64,000 nucleotides of DNA, taken from contig CM052817.1 of NCBI GenBank assembly GCA_028534125.1, positions 27,220,001 to 27,284,000 on the forward strand. The letters run 5' to 3'. Numbering within the stretch: position 1 is the stretch's first letter; every line of letters begins with the position of its first letter. This document shows positions 50,731 to 64,000 of the stretch, piece after piece. The stretch comes from Lama glama. Taxonomy: Eukaryota. The notes under the pieces are model-generated. The model was not told the DNA's origin, did no database searches, and saw only the letters and a program-made list of their open reading frames with translations. A program made the position numbers and the translations under genes.

Positions 50731-51556
50731 TTCTCATGTCGCCTCTGACATGGGGAAATTACTACCTATGAGGTACTTACTGAGAGATTTCAGTAAGAAA
50801 ATGAGTGGCTGGTGCTTGGTCGGCACTCTGGAGCGCTCGCTGTTTTCATTATTATTGTTGGAAATAGGCCCAAAGTCAATTATAAATATGACATAGTCGG
50901 TGCAACTCTGTGTCACTGTGCACCCGTCAGCTCTCTCACTGGGGCTGCCAACAAGCCACAGGGTGAACCAATCGGGGGTTTACTTCCTAGCCTCTCTTGC
51001 CTCGCCTGTGATCAAAAACTGGGCAAGAACGTTTGGGTCCCTTACAAACTTGATCATCTGTGGATAATGAACTCTGGCTGGCAGAGCTTGAGGCCTAGAG
51101 CGATTGTTTTGAAAACAGTGGCCTTGACCTCTCTGGTGATGTCACTTCCTCCTGCTCCGTCCAGTCTGTTGTGGTTTCTTTCCCTGCGAAGCTGTTCCAG
51201 AACCCTCCAGGCAGAGTTAGTGGGTTCCTCTCTGGTCCCTAAGTACCTGGACCACCTCCGCGCTAGTGCTTGTCGCAGGGCCCTGCCTCTTTGTCCCACG
51301 TCTGCTTCCTGTACCAGATCGAAAGCCTCCTATAGAACTCTTTTATTTATCTTTGGATTTCCCCACCGGACCCTGTTCTGGCACATAATACATCTGTGAC
51401 GAACAGCCATTGGATAAATTGAGACCAGTGGTAAGAGTTCTACCTAAGCGATCTAATCACAGTGACCTTGACTTTCTCCCAGTCTTTGCTGTCAGCATCA
51501 CTATTAGCCTCTGTCTCTCCCCCCTTTCCTCTTCTCCCCTTCACTCCCCTCTCCTT

Positions 51557-51559
<3 letters not shown>

Positions 51560-51588
<29 letters not shown>
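51560..51588 (+). repeat. (CA)14 microsatellite
   Basis: Perfect dinucleotide run. Confidence 0.97.
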
Positions 51589-51590
<2 letters not shown>

Positions 51591-52039
51591 TTTACATAAA
51601 GAGTGGCCCCATCTCTGAAGACTGGGAGTTCAAAGGATGAAAGTATCTGCTTTCTTGACGTGTAAGATTCTCCACTAAGGCTCTGTCTTCTTAGGTGTCG
51701 TAGAGGTTAACTTCTGGGTTTTGTTCTGCAGACACATTTTGATGGAATGCAAAGTCCGAGTATGTTGGTCTGCAAATAAGTGACCAATAAAGAATGTCTT
51801 AGTGGATTTTTGTCTTAGTTCTTATGTTGCTGAAATAATTTTCTCAAGATAAGAAATCTGTTGGCAAACATTTGTTTATGTCATCGCTGATGAATGAGCT
51901 GCTTATTCTGAGAAGGAGGGTTTGTCTTGGATTCTTGTCCTGATTTCAGCATGAGATGTGGCGTGCCCTGGATGTGTCCTCATCTTCCAGGACATGTTGG
52001 GAGTTGATGGGTGTAGCTTTCCATGGAGACATTTTGTCC

Positions 52040-53260
52040 AGTGGAGGACCTGTTGAATACTGACTGTGTTCTGCACAGCCCCAGACCAGGCACCCAGGGG
52101 TGTAGAAAGGGAATGTAAGGCTTGATTCCTAATCCTCAAGAGTTTCATAATGTGCTTGGGGCTTGAACACACACACAAAGCAGTTGTTACAGTGTAAACC
52201 AGTGTATGAGTAAATGCATAGTGACCAAAATTTAATCCCCAAGATTGAATAAGAAGTTAAACAAGGAGAGATTGCTATAGTTTGGGAGACAGTTATTGGA
52301 GAAATGTTACACCAAGTGGTTTGGATTTCAGATGAGAATAGGCTGAGGGAAAGAGACGGATGTCCTATTAGGGACAAGAGCAGAGGAAAGGTTTGGGGAC
52401 AAGAATGAGGACACTGTGTTTGGCATACGTACAGGAAACCTGCTTGGTATAGGGGCAGGACAGGGGAGGCCTTCTCTTTCTTCATCCACCTAAACTTGTT
52501 AAGAACCTGCTTACAGTGGTGGCAAGTTACTGTGAAGACTATTAAACGACACCATAAAATCATGTAACGGGGCGCCCTGATCAGATCCGGAGTCTAAGTC
52601 CTGCCCCTATGTGGGATATGAACCTCAGGTTCCCTTGAGGAAGTGACATTTAGGCGGAGACCTGAATGAAGAGCAAAAATTAGGCAGGAAAGAGGGAAGA
52701 GAGATAGAAGTAAGGAGAAAACACATTCTAGCTGAAAGAAAGAATTTAAAAGATACCAACAAGACTTGGGAGGGTATAGAGTATAGAGAAATGAAAGACT
52801 AAAAAAATTACTTCAGTGTTTCAGTTGTTAATGACAAGCAGGGTGGGCCCTTGGTGTGAGCTGAAAGGGGTCCTGTATTTGGTGGGAGAGGTCATGACTT
52901 CAGTTTGAATCGCTGAGTTTAGAGTACAGACCGGCCACCCAGGCAGGTGTCCTACAGGCTGTGGGGGACAAGAGCAGAACTTAGGGGTGAGATGATGGAT
53001 TTAACACATTCGGATTGGAGTTGCCAGCCATTGCTGGACATCAGGGTTAAGCTGTTGTATGACAGTCTCTCTCAGGGAAAGATCACATGAAGAAAGAGCA
53101 GAACGAGGTCTCGGGTTGAGGAAGTCTGCAGCCTGCTCAGGGACAAGAGACAGAGAAGCTCACAGAGAGGCCATCAGAGAGACAAGAGGGGACCCAGGAG
53201 CACGGTGCCATGGAAACCAAGAGCACTACGAAGGCGTTTAAGGCGCTGGAGCGCACAGGT
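52040..53260 (-). mobile_element. Scattered L2 fragments
   Basis: ctgttgaatactgactgtg...; gaggaagtgacatttaggcggagacctgaatga. Confidence 0.45.
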
Positions 53261-55864
53261 GTTGCTGGCCACAGCAGAGGTCAGCTTGAGCAAGGCCTCC
53301 AAAAAGACCTGCCTTGCCGGGAGAAGGAGGCACCAGAGACCTTTGTCAGTTGACGGCCGTCTCTGGGAACGGCCAGTCAACTGATCACGGTCCTACCTAA
53401 TTGCCTTATCTCTGGCTCATGGTTTTGCATCATTTCCATAGGCTATTGTTACAGATCTTATCTAATATAAATTGCACATGCAGTATTTTCCTCAACTATT
53501 GAAAAGGACATGAGATTGGTTTGACCCAAAGGCTTATTAGTGGAGTAATCATATATCAAACAACATGCTTTTGAGAGTGAAAGAGGGTGTTAACCAGCTG
53601 AGGTGCTGGAACAAAAAAATGAAACCTGCACTGTCTGCGGCTGACTGGATGTATGCATGTACGGATGGATGCATGCATACACGGGCACCCCAGTGGTTGG
53701 TGATTCCAGACTGGTGTCTTCTAATCACCATTATTTTGTTCAGTATTCACAAACCCTTCCCTTATTTTATCCTTTCAGTAACTATAGTGAGTGAACCACC
53801 TGGACCAGATCTTCCCATCCACCTTTGCAGATGATATGATGGAGACCCAAGAGCACAGTGTGTCTTCAAACTCTTCATCTGGAGCTCTTTCTCTAACTCA
53901 GATGCTCACTCAAATCTCAGCAAACTTGGGTGTTTTTACCCTTACTGATTTGGGCCTTAGCGGGCTGGTAAGAATTTGATAGGCCTTCTATGTAGGGTTC
54001 TCCCTTGTCTTGCTGCCAAATCACAATTGGCCTCACTGACTTGGCCTGTCTCCAGCTCTTTGGCACCAAGACTCGTTAAGCTTTTAAGTTCAAGTGAGGA
54101 CATTTCAATTCGCTCTTTTTTGTAAAGATCCAGTGAAAAGCTGCTTTTTGTTTGAAGATTGGCCTGGCTTAGGTGGGGACTTAGGCAAGAACTGAGTATC
54201 CCTGACAGCCTTCTGTTAGGAAAGATGAAAACAGATGAAGGACACAGAAGGCGAATTTGCAGGATTCACGATGAGCAAAATGGACTCCCAGTGTTGCCTT
54301 TTTTTTGAATCCTCACCAAATAAACAGCCCTTGGTTCCTATTTAAATGAGGGACTTTCAGCATAGTGTGTGGGGGGATTCAGCTGTTCCCATTCAAACTG
54401 TGCTTTAGCATCAAAGACAAGAGTCGGCTGTGGGAGGGGGACTTAACAGTGCATCTGGAGTTTAGACCAAGTAGGGCGACTATAGTTAGTTTTCATGCTT
54501 CCAAAAATGTGTTCAAAACTTATTTCAGCACAATTATCATTCAGAAACCCCTTCCCTCAAAATGTGATTTCCTTCACCTTATCAAGCTGTGCCTTAATGC
54601 CTATCAAACTGCTACTTAGGTAAATCATAGGCTTAATCTCTTTCCTCCTGAATAAATTTATTACAGATTCATTGGCATGATTAACTGACTTATAAATATA
54701 TGTATAACAAGGAATTTAAGTGCGGGCTGCTTGTGCGGTAGACGAGAGACCGGCCTCTGCCGTTGGCTGCCTGTGGGGTTGCATGCTGGATTAGGCTTTG
54801 CTTGCATTTGAGAGGATTTAGTAACTCCCTAATTGTATTTCCTTAATAATCCATTTTTTGATTGTCTCTCCTGGGCTGTCAGGCTGGGTGGGCTGGCCTC
54901 CCACAATGGAGTGTGCAAAATTCCGGCCTCAACATGCCATTCTCAGTGTTTCCTTTGGTTACCCACAGGAGAGGACCTTTTCTTAAATAGCCCACCAAGG
55001 ACCCAGTTTTAAATGATTCCTTTCTAAAGTGAACTATGCAGAAATCGACTTCCCTCTTTTTATTAAGGGGAAGAAGAAAGAGTGAATGAAAAGACCAATA
55101 GAAAGTTAAGCCTTTATGGCTGAATGATCAGCTCCAGTGTCTGCCTTTCCTTACACCACTGTAGACTATGCCTCGAGGCTAACATTCCCATTCATCATGC
55201 CCAATGTCTCTTCCTGCAAGACAGGACATGATTCAGTCTCCTTTGCCTAGAACCTGGTGTCCCTCACTGTCTGTGGGCACTGTTTCGTTTGGCTTATCTG
55301 AACCATCCCTTTGCACTGGCCCAGAGAATTACCATCCTTCCCATGATCCAGTTTGTGCTTCCCCACCTCCATACCTTTGCTGCGTTTCATCCCAGCCACG
55401 TAGGGTGTTCACTTCCCTGTCCATGTCCACCCCTCTAAATCCTGAACCCATACAATTAGCACCTTTTCATCCCCTGAGGTATCCCCCTGGCCCCCAGCCC
55501 GAATTCAGTGCTTCCTTCCTCTTCTTAGTGTCCACGGCAAGGATAACCACACATCTTGGAGTGGAGATGACAGCCCTGATTTCAAGTGATCTCTCTCTTG
55601 TTTCTGGTTTGAAAAGCGTTTTGGCTTTGTCTAGAGTAAGTAACTTGTTTCACATAAGGAACTACTCATGAGCTGTATTTCTAAACTTTCTATTAGATTA
55701 TCAATTCTTTGACATAATGACCTGCTCATATTTCCATGCCTAATGGTGCTTGCACATGGCTGGAATGCAGTAAGTTTTGGAAGAATGGGAAAAAGGAAGA
55801 TTATTCTAAAATTAACATTTTAAAAATTACTAACATGTTTATAATTAATCAATAAATGTGTGCT

Positions 55865-57036
55865 AAAGCCATGTTAGCTCAAAATTGATCATAGATCTAA
55901 AAATAAGAGCTGAAACTATAAAATAAGTCTTAGGATAAAACACAGGACTAAATCCTTGTGATCTGGATGAGGTAATCGTTTCTTGCACATAATATCAAAA
56001 GTGTAAATGACAAAAGAAAAACTAAATTGGGCTACTTCAAAATTAAAAGCTTTTGTCCAATAAGTGATACCATCTCCTAACCTAAAGAATGAGAGAAAAT
56101 GTGATATTGGCAAATTATATATCTGAGAAGGGACTTGTATCTAGAGTATGTAATATAGAATTCTTATAACTCAATAATAAAAACATAAGCAGTTCAGTTA
56201 AAATGGGCAAAGATATCTGAACAGATATTTTTCCAGAGAAGATATGCAAATAGCTGATAAACACATGAAAACATGCTCAACATCATTCATCTTCAGAGAC
56301 ATGCAAATCAAAATCACCAAAAGATACAGCCTCTCGCCCACTAGGATGGCTATAATAAGAAAAGAATTCAGTAAATCCGGCACGGATGTGGAGAAATTGG
56401 AACCTCCATGCACTGCTGGTGGAAAGTAAAATGGTACAGCCACTGTGATCAACAATTTGGCAGTTCCTGAAAAGGTTAAACATTAAGTTACCATATGACC
56501 CTGCAATTATACTTCTAGGTACATATCCAAGAGACATGAAAACATATGTCCAAACCAAAATTTGTGTACAAATGCTCATTACAGCATTATTTATAATAGC
56601 TCAATGTTGGAAGTAACCCAAAAGTCCATCAACTGATGGATAGATACCATGTGGTATATTCATAGAATGCAGTATTACTTGGCTGTAAAAAGAAATCCAC
56701 TCCCAACGCATGCTACACCATAGAGGAAAACACTATGCTGAGTAAAAGAAACCAGTCAGAAAAAAAACCCATATATTATATGATCCAATTTATATGAAAT
56801 ATCCAGAACAGGCAAATCTGTAGAGCCAGAAAGTAGATTAGGGGTTATTCAGGGCTGTGGCTTGTGGGTGTGTGGCATGAGGAGTTAAAATTAATGGGTT
56901 TGGGGTTTCTTCTGGGGGAAGGAAAACTAAAATTATTTTGCAGTGATGGTTTCTTCTTGTGAATGTACCAAAAAAATCAGATTCTCCACTTTCAGTGAGT
57001 GAACTGTATGTGAATTATAACTCAAGCTATTAAAAT
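55865..57036 (+). mobile_element. L1MB-type, ORF2 3' end plus 3' UTR, sense to LIMCH1
   Basis: MQIADKHMKTCSTS...MQIK is an L1 ORF2 C-terminal remnant; also ttaccatatgaccctgcaatt...acaggcaaatctgtagagccagaaagtagatt. Confidence 0.93.
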
Positions 57037-57929
57037 ACACACACACACACTATGGAATTAAAAAACTTTGCTTTGAGATGGTTAAAATGCCCTCCAGAAG
57101 ACTCATCCCAGATACCATTTTAGTGCATTTCTAGATGTACTAGTGTCTTATTGCAGCGTGCTGTCAGGGTTTTAGGACTTCATTGAAGAGGATGTGTGGT
57201 AGATTGGTTGTATTTATATTCTGTCTACTTTCAAAAGAATGTAAAGAAAATTACAAAACTGAAACTAAAAATCAAAGGCACTTTCTGTAAAATCGCAAAG
57301 TGTAGCATTGGACAAAGAAAAGCCACTGAATGGGGAAATAAGGAGACTTGATTACTTAAATACTAGTTTCCTTCACTCAAAGCTCCTTTGCTAGCACAGA
57401 TGAAAAGGAGTCTGATTCCTTCCTGCCACAGCTTTTGGCCTCAAGAACACGTTCTCCGTTCCTCTGAATAAGACTGTGTTTGGTATTTCTGCTGCACACC
57501 CAGCAAAGTAGAATGATGTGTGCTACCCAAGCGAAAGTGGCCTTGGTGACCCCGGCAGCCCCCTTCCCATTTGTGTGTCCTGCGGAGCGCTAAGAGGAAG
57601 AACCAGAGACTTCACTGCCTCCTCTGAGGCCAGCCAGCTCCCAGCAGTGCTTTTGAGAGGAACAGGGTGACTCCACTCATTCCCACCCTGTCCGTCCCAC
57701 TGACCAACAGGAACTTCATGAAATAGCAGTAGCTGGTGGCAGCGAACTGGACGCCTGTCAGATGATCCTCGTATGCTGTGGTTGCTTGAACCCAGCGTCA
57801 GTCTTGGTGCTGAGAAAATGGTTCAGATGTAATTGACAACAACGGTTGCAAAATTGTTACTGGACCCTAAGTCCATTGTAGCTTTAAAACTGACATTTTG
57901 GGCTTTCCCAATCTTTGCAGTTGTTACCC

Positions 57930-58500
57930 ATTTCATTATCAATTTTATTAGCAAACACAAATTGAAGCCCCAGCAATGACTGGCCCTTATAGTAGAGCTG
58001 GGGTTCCAGTGAAGACTGACCCTTTGCCTAGTGGGGAGGTTGGACAGTTTCAGTGATGCGTAATAAATAGATGAATGGCCAGAGAGTGTTGGGACCTAGA
58101 GATGGAAGATACAGTATCTTCTTAGGAAATGGTTTAGAAAGGAAGTAACAGTTAAGCTGGGTTTTGAAGGATGAGTCGGAGTTTGCTAGGCCACACAGGG
58201 GAGTTACGGAGGCCTGTGGGAAAGGCAAGTCAGACAGAGGGAACACCAAGCACATGGAAGTGCTCAGTAATATGAGGGTGCTTTGCAGATGCAAGGAAGG
58301 AATTGTAGCTAGAGCTGAGGATGAAACGGGGCAGACTGAAGATGAAAGGTAGGTTTCAGGTCCATTTGCACAAGACCTGGAATAGCATGTTAAGGAATTT
58401 AAGCAGCATCCAGCGAGCAGTGGGCAGCTAGCCTGGTGTCTATACAGAGGAGCAAAGGGATTAGGTTGCTTTTTAGGAAATTACGTCTGTTGGCAGTGGA
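57930..58500 (-). mobile_element. L2 fragment
   Basis: taagctgggttttgaaggatgagt...cagagggaacacc...catgttaaggaattt. Confidence 0.7.
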
Positions 58501-59347
58501 GACTTCTGATTACTTTCTGCTGTGCACCAAATATGAATATTTGAAAAAAAAAAGTCATCCTTTCCAAGGAGAAACAGAAATGCTTCCTATGCTTGTCTTT
58601 CTATATCCATCCTTAATTTATAGCCTAACTATGTACATTTTATGTTCCTCAAGTTCTTTTCCAAGTCACCCATTTAAAACTTGGAAGCTATTTCCCCTTA
58701 GAACTGCAGTGTTCAGCACTATGGGGATAAGTCTTCTGTAACCCATACCACCTCTGGGTTAGTCCCTCTGTAGAACCCAGTCTCCTGCAAGGGTCTGGGC
58801 TTAGCTTGGCACCTGGGGTGGGGTGTTTGATAACAACAAGTGGAATGAGTAGGAAAATCGATTCAGAATACTCACTAGCCACATTTGGAGCTGACCTCCC
58901 CTTTCTAGGATAGCAGAGGGCCTCTCCAGTTCTTGGCTTTTCCCCATCATCCTCAGGATGGTAAGATGGGGGCTCAGGAGCCTTAGCAAGAGTCAAAGGA
59001 TAGCTAGACTTTGGCGGAGGAGGACCAGAGGCAGCTGTGGGCACAGTTGTAATGCAGCCGAGATTGCCCTTAGACTTCTCACCACCTTTGCTTTGTTAGT
59101 TTCCTCCCTCCCTTCCTTCTTCCCCAGCATTAGAGACCACGCCCATGTGGGTCTGCCCTCTGAGAGGACTAACATTGTTTCATTCCCTCGCTCCTGTCCT
59201 TTCATCTCTCCCAACTACCAACCTAACTTCAGCCGACAGGCAGGATGCTTGGGAGGAGAAGTGAGCCAATGGTTGACTCAGATTTCCACCTGTGGGCAGG
59301 GCGGAGGTCAAAACCTGCTTGGAGCAGGGTGGGGTTGGGGGGAAGAG

Positions 59348-59575
59348 ATGATAATAATCGCTGCCATTTGTAAAGCACACACTATGCACCAGGCCTGTGC
59401 CAAGTGTATCACATGCAGTATTTCACACTCTCACGCCATGACTAATAGGTTTTATTGTGCCCATTTTTCAGAGGAAGAAACTGAGACTTGAAGTTGAGTG
59501 CTTAAATAACTTGCCTATGAGTTGCAGAGTTGGATTTTGACCCCTAGGTCTTCCTGTCTCTGGAGGCTCTTACTA
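59348..59575 (-). mobile_element. MIR SINE
   Basis: actatgcaccaggc...cccatttttcagaggaagaaactgagact...aataacttgcc. Confidence 0.85.
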
Positions 59576-60771
59576 TTCTTGTAGTTTTATGGGTCTTAAT
59601 CCTGGGACTTGATTCTGAGCACTCCTTGCTAAAGATGTGTGGGGAGCGAGGAGATAAACTGGCTGCTTGATCCACTCAAGTCCAGATACAGAGTTTTCAG
59701 AGCTTCATCCCAGCAAGTTCACATTCCAAGCTTTCTCGCACCCTCCTGACAGTAAACCCAGCAATACTAAGTTTTAGCTGTGCAAAAGAAATACTAATTA
59801 CAATCATTTATACATAACTACTACAGAGCACAATGATGATTACATGTATCATTGCCTGTGTCGAGTAACTTCAGTCTCCATTTTATTTGGTTACACTAAA
59901 TTCTCTTCATGTCTTGCCAGCTTTCATGGTTCATTGATCACATGTGTTGTCTTAAACGTGTAGCTTATAAAAGTAGGGGGGTACTCTGCGTGGGAGTCAT
60001 TGTCGGAAAGGCAGCTTGGGGGTGAAGGAGCTTGATTACCTGGTGAAGGCATTTGGAGGGCATCCTGTGGACACCCAGGAACCTGGGAGTCATTGGAGCA
60101 CGGAAGCTGCTTGACCAAAGTCAGGGCTTAGATGGGGCCAGTTTGGCTGTGGTGGGCAGACTGGTTAAGGCGGCAGAGATTGGTGGCTGGAGATTAGTTA
60201 TTGAAATGCAGGAGGTAAAGCACCGTAGGAGGGCCCACTTCTCAGTGCAGAAACCCGAGTTTGTAATCCTAGCTCTGCCGCTTTGGGGCTCTGACCTCAG
60301 ATATGTGCCTGGTGATGGTTTCCTTTTCTAGGTTTTTAAAATTGAATTTTAGGCCTCTTCTCATCCAAAAATTACATACTTTCTAGACAGCAGGAATGGT
60401 CATGCAAAGGTTGGACTGTGAGAGAGATTGAAAATGAATGAATCAGAGGACTCCCAGATACTCAGATAATTGCTCGAGGTTCCCTTCCACGCTTGTAGAT
60501 TATTTCATTACTGTTGCTTTTTTTAGTGTTAAGAACAGAAGTGATAGGTCAGAAGACTTTTTATCCCTAGCAAATGTAGGAAAATAAAAATGGGTCCATT
60601 TGTTTACAATGTCCCAAATTTTAGCTCTTCTCCCTCCTGCTGCCTTCCCAGCAAGACCTGGGGGAAGGATGTGCCCAGGTGTTTAATTTTGAATATTAGG
60701 ACAGGATTTTCTTGGGTACAGTTTGGCATAGTAGGGCCCCTTTTTATTGGGAAAAGACCTCCTGGAGAGCT

Positions 60772-61210
60772 TTCATAGTTAAGGCAGCGCTGGCTGCTGT
60801 AACTAATAAACTCGTAGCTCCAGTGGTTTAATACAGTGAAATGTCCTTCTCACTCTCATGTAGTGCAGTTTTGGCAACAGGGAAGGGTGGGGGTGGAGAT
60901 GACTGACTCTCCTCCAGGGAGCTGTTCAGGGACCCCAGCTAACAGAGACTCCGTCCTCATCGCATGGCTTCTAAGGTCTTCCTTGGCCCCGACATTTAAC
61001 TAGTAAATAGGGGAGGCAAGAGAGAGAGCGGAGAATTTCCAGAGAGAAGCTTTGGAGGCAGGCCTGGGTGTGACCTGTACCGCTCCGCCCACATTTCAGT
61101 GGCCAGGACTCTGTTCTATTGCTACAGAAAATTGCAAAGGAGGCTGAGAGATGTAGCCTAGCTGTGTGTCTAGGGAGAAAGGAGACAAGTTTGATGAGCG
61201 GTCTCTGCCT
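60772..61210 (-). mobile_element. MaLR LTR (MLT1J-like)
   Basis: gctggctgctgtaac...ttcagggacccc...tgcaaaggaggctgagagatgtagcctagctgtgtgtc. Confidence 0.8.
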
Positions 61211-62529
61211 CAGGAGTTGTATTAGAATAATAAGAGCACTGCTGAGAATTCACAGCCCCAAGTTCTTGGAAATTCCAGTCGACAAAGACTTTCTGAAGTT
61301 CTTACAATTTCTTCTTTAGGTCTGTTCAAGGCAAGTGGCTTAAGACTTGACACCGTCTTGACGATGCGTACAGCACCCCACAAACATTTGGTAGATATTA
61401 ATGATGGCGATTTGCATTCCATCACTGTTTCGTTCGTATGAAACTCCCCTTCGGTTCACATTTCACTTTCCCCCATACTTTAGTCAATTTCTCTTGACCT
61501 CAGAATGTTTATTAACTTTCCTGCTTTTGCCCAGGCAACTCTAAAAAGAAATCTCTGAAAAAATGACATCTGTAACAGGTTTATGGTCAAGGTTAAATTG
61601 ATCTCATGCTTAGGTTCAAAAACGGTTGCCACGTTAGATTACATGAAAGTGCACATACCTTCGTCCAGGATATGTAGTCAAACCAGAGAGGGATCAAGGA
61701 AACCATATAGAAAAACACAATTGAGCCAAATTAAAAGGGACACAAAGTAGGTAATTTTGTGATCATAGTTACTTATTGCAGCTGTACAAACCAAGCTAAA
61801 TGAGATGGTGATGTAATCTCTTGTTGCAAAGAATAAAGTGATTTCCCATGAGATTAAACATGAACTTCCCAACCCTATGTTCAAGGTCTAGATCGATTCT
61901 GTGTTCTCCCCCAAACTCTAGGATAATTATTAGACTTGGATTTCTGAATTGAATGATGTATAGAGTAAGCTGAATTTTGCAATCCTTTAAAAATTTTATC
62001 TTTACTATTTATTATAGTCCAGTAAAGTAAAGTAAGCTGCTATTGGTTTATTTCCTAACATGATGGTCTCATAATGTATCTACAGTATTGTCAGTATTGT
62101 GCCCCTTGAAGAGCTATTATATAAGCTGCTGGAAAAGTCAATATGAAACAGAACCTCTGTCCCAGAGTAGGGATGTGAGAAATTTTTTTTTTAATTGCAG
62201 ACAGACACGGATTTCTTCAGTTTTATTTTATAACCATTAAACCATCATTGAGAGGCTACCATAAGCTGGATATTAAATGTTACAAAGAGTTATAAAATAC
62301 AGCCTGTGGTTGAATCAGAACATCCATATCATTCCTGGATGTCTCAACAATTGTTTCTTCAAGGAATATAATCTTAAATATTTTAAGAGCTAGATTCCAC
62401 AGAATGTGTGCAGAGTATGTCTTTAATGTACCTTCTCAAAAATTCACGGTGGCCATGCATTAGCTGGCATGACAATGAAACACATGTGCACACAGTTCTG
62501 GTCTTCCTGTAGGTTTTAAATCTCTTAAG

Positions 62530-62645
62530 TGAGCATGCCCCATGAGGGAGAGACCTGGGATCTGCCCTGTCCCCCTTTGTATCTCCCGTGCCCAGGTTCG
62601 GGCTGGGACATCATGCACGCCTGATAAATATTTGTTGAGCACATG
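62530..62645 (+). mobile_element. L2 3' end
   Basis: ccatgagggagagacct...tgtatctccc...gataaatatttgttga. Confidence 0.65.
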
Positions 62646-63099
62646 AAGAAGCATATGGAGCAGCCTTACTTGAAATAGGTCACGGTGTGTTTTAGATTTA
62701 GAATATAAGAGTTTAGTAGACACCACTTTATTTCGATCATATAAGAAACACATGCATATTTGCTTACCTTCAATGTCATTAACTTTTTTCATAATTGAGG
62801 ATTATCCAAGGTCGTAACTGTTCTTCCTGTTTCTAGTCGTTTCTCACCAGACATGCTTTAGGTAAGCGATACACATGTGTTGACTTGATTCATTTATATG
62901 AGGTTTCTATCCAAAGGTGGCCGGAAAAAGAAAATAAGTAAAACTTATTTTAGTCTTTGGCAGCTGGCTGATGGAAAAGTTGAAACTGAAATAACTTGCA
63001 CTTACTTAGCGAAAAGGGACTTGCCCAGTATACTAAATGAGTGGATATAGAAGTTTCTGAAACCATTTACCAAATGCTAGCAACACACATTGTCCTGTT

Positions 63100-63270
63100 G
63101 GCTCCTCACCACGGTCCTGGACAAAAGGTCGGGTTTTCAAAACCCCCATTTTATGAAAGGGGAAACTGAGACTCTGCTCACGTGACTTCCCAGCGGCTCA
63201 TAGCTAGTGAGTCTTTTACCTATGAAAACCTGGACTGCTTACTCCAGACTCACTGCACTGCCGTTTTAAC
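63100..63270 (-). mobile_element. MIR fragment
   Basis: ccccattttatgaaaggggaaactgagact...ctccagact. Confidence 0.75.
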
Positions 63271-63479
63271 ACTCCTGAGTGTTCTAAGTTATTTACGATC
63301 TTTTGTTCATCTGATACCCGTGATTTTCAAGAAACAAAACTTGTCTGTCTGTCTAATTATAACTGACTTTACTACCACTTGCACATGGTGATGTTTTCGT
63401 TTCAGTCTTCATCTTAAAAATTGGATGCACTAAGTACATTGCACTTAGAGAAAGATCTTGATGCCTTACTTGGGCCTGG

Positions 63480-63940
63480 ATGCTGTTTCCACCTTGGCTG
63501 TCATGTCCTGTGTTTCCTCCTCCCACTCTCTTGGCTTGGCCACATTGGCCCTTGAACATACTAAGCCCACTCCTGCCTCCAGGCCTTTCCACTTACTGTT
63601 CAATCTGCCCAGAATTCTTGTCTTCCATCTTTCTTTGGCTATTACCTCGGTATCATCCCATTTTTTTCCCTCAAATGTTACCTCCCAGAGCAGCCTTCTG
63701 ACCACCTCATTAAATAACCACCCACAGGGGTTACTATGCTGACTTCCCAGCGCTTGTGCTACCTGAAATTTTCCTCTCGTTTATTTACTTGTTTATTTTC
63801 TGTTCCTCCCACTGCCTCCCATGCTCACCTGGACCAAGAAGACAAGTTCTATGCAGCAGGTCCTTTGTCTCGTCCACTACTGCCTTCCCTGGGCCGGAGC
63901 AGTGTGAAAACACAGCAGGCACCTGATAAATAATTGCTGG
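63480..63940 (+). mobile_element. L2 3' region
   Basis: ctcctgcctccaggcctttcc...ctcaaatgttacctcccagag...ccttctgaccacc...cagcaggcacctgataaata. Confidence 0.8.
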
Positions 63941-64000
63941 GTATTACCTCAATATTAGTTCTTCCTAATTAGCTCTCGTATCTCTTGATATTTTTTAATA

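Noticed and set aside
53650..53681. Hairpin tgtatgcatg / catgcataca
   Set aside because: A 10-bp stem in low-complexity ATGC/GGAT-type sequence, too short for a pre-miRNA.
45633..64000. Next LIMCH1 exon (LLNAIKPGLVKKINR...)
   Set aside because: I found no matching coding sequence by eye. It probably lies beyond the window.
1..64000. CRISPR array, operon or other prokaryote-type system
   Set aside because: The sequence is mammalian intronic DNA with no repeat-spacer arrays and no dense coding regions.

Overview
Mammalian intronic DNA, AT-rich, CpG-poor and rich in repeats, with two 500-N assembly gaps. It is probably camelid, based on a vic-1-like tRNA-derived SINE and artiodactyl-type L1 3' ends. 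The only confident coding feature is a 71-nt internal exon on the + strand (45562-45632, [23 protein letters not shown](E)). It matches the calponin-homology domain of LIMCH1 as I recall the protein, so the window is LIMCH1 intron 1 (3' part), exon 2 and part of intron 2. The rest is MIR, L2, L1, MaLR/ERV LTRs, hAT/Tigger DNA transposon fossils and microsatellites. The listed ORFs are chance or repeat-derived. The best lead is a candidate internal promoter and alternative first exon near 26.2-26.56 kb. It ends in ATG|GTAGGT, and splicing to exon 2 would give an N-terminally truncated isoform starting MQVTGRSF. An in-frame 10-codon uORF and a cluster of muscle-type motifs precede it. I see no support for a novel multi-gene system. 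Repeat family names and boundaries come from recalled consensus motifs, are approximate, and need RepeatMasker/Dfam confirmation.
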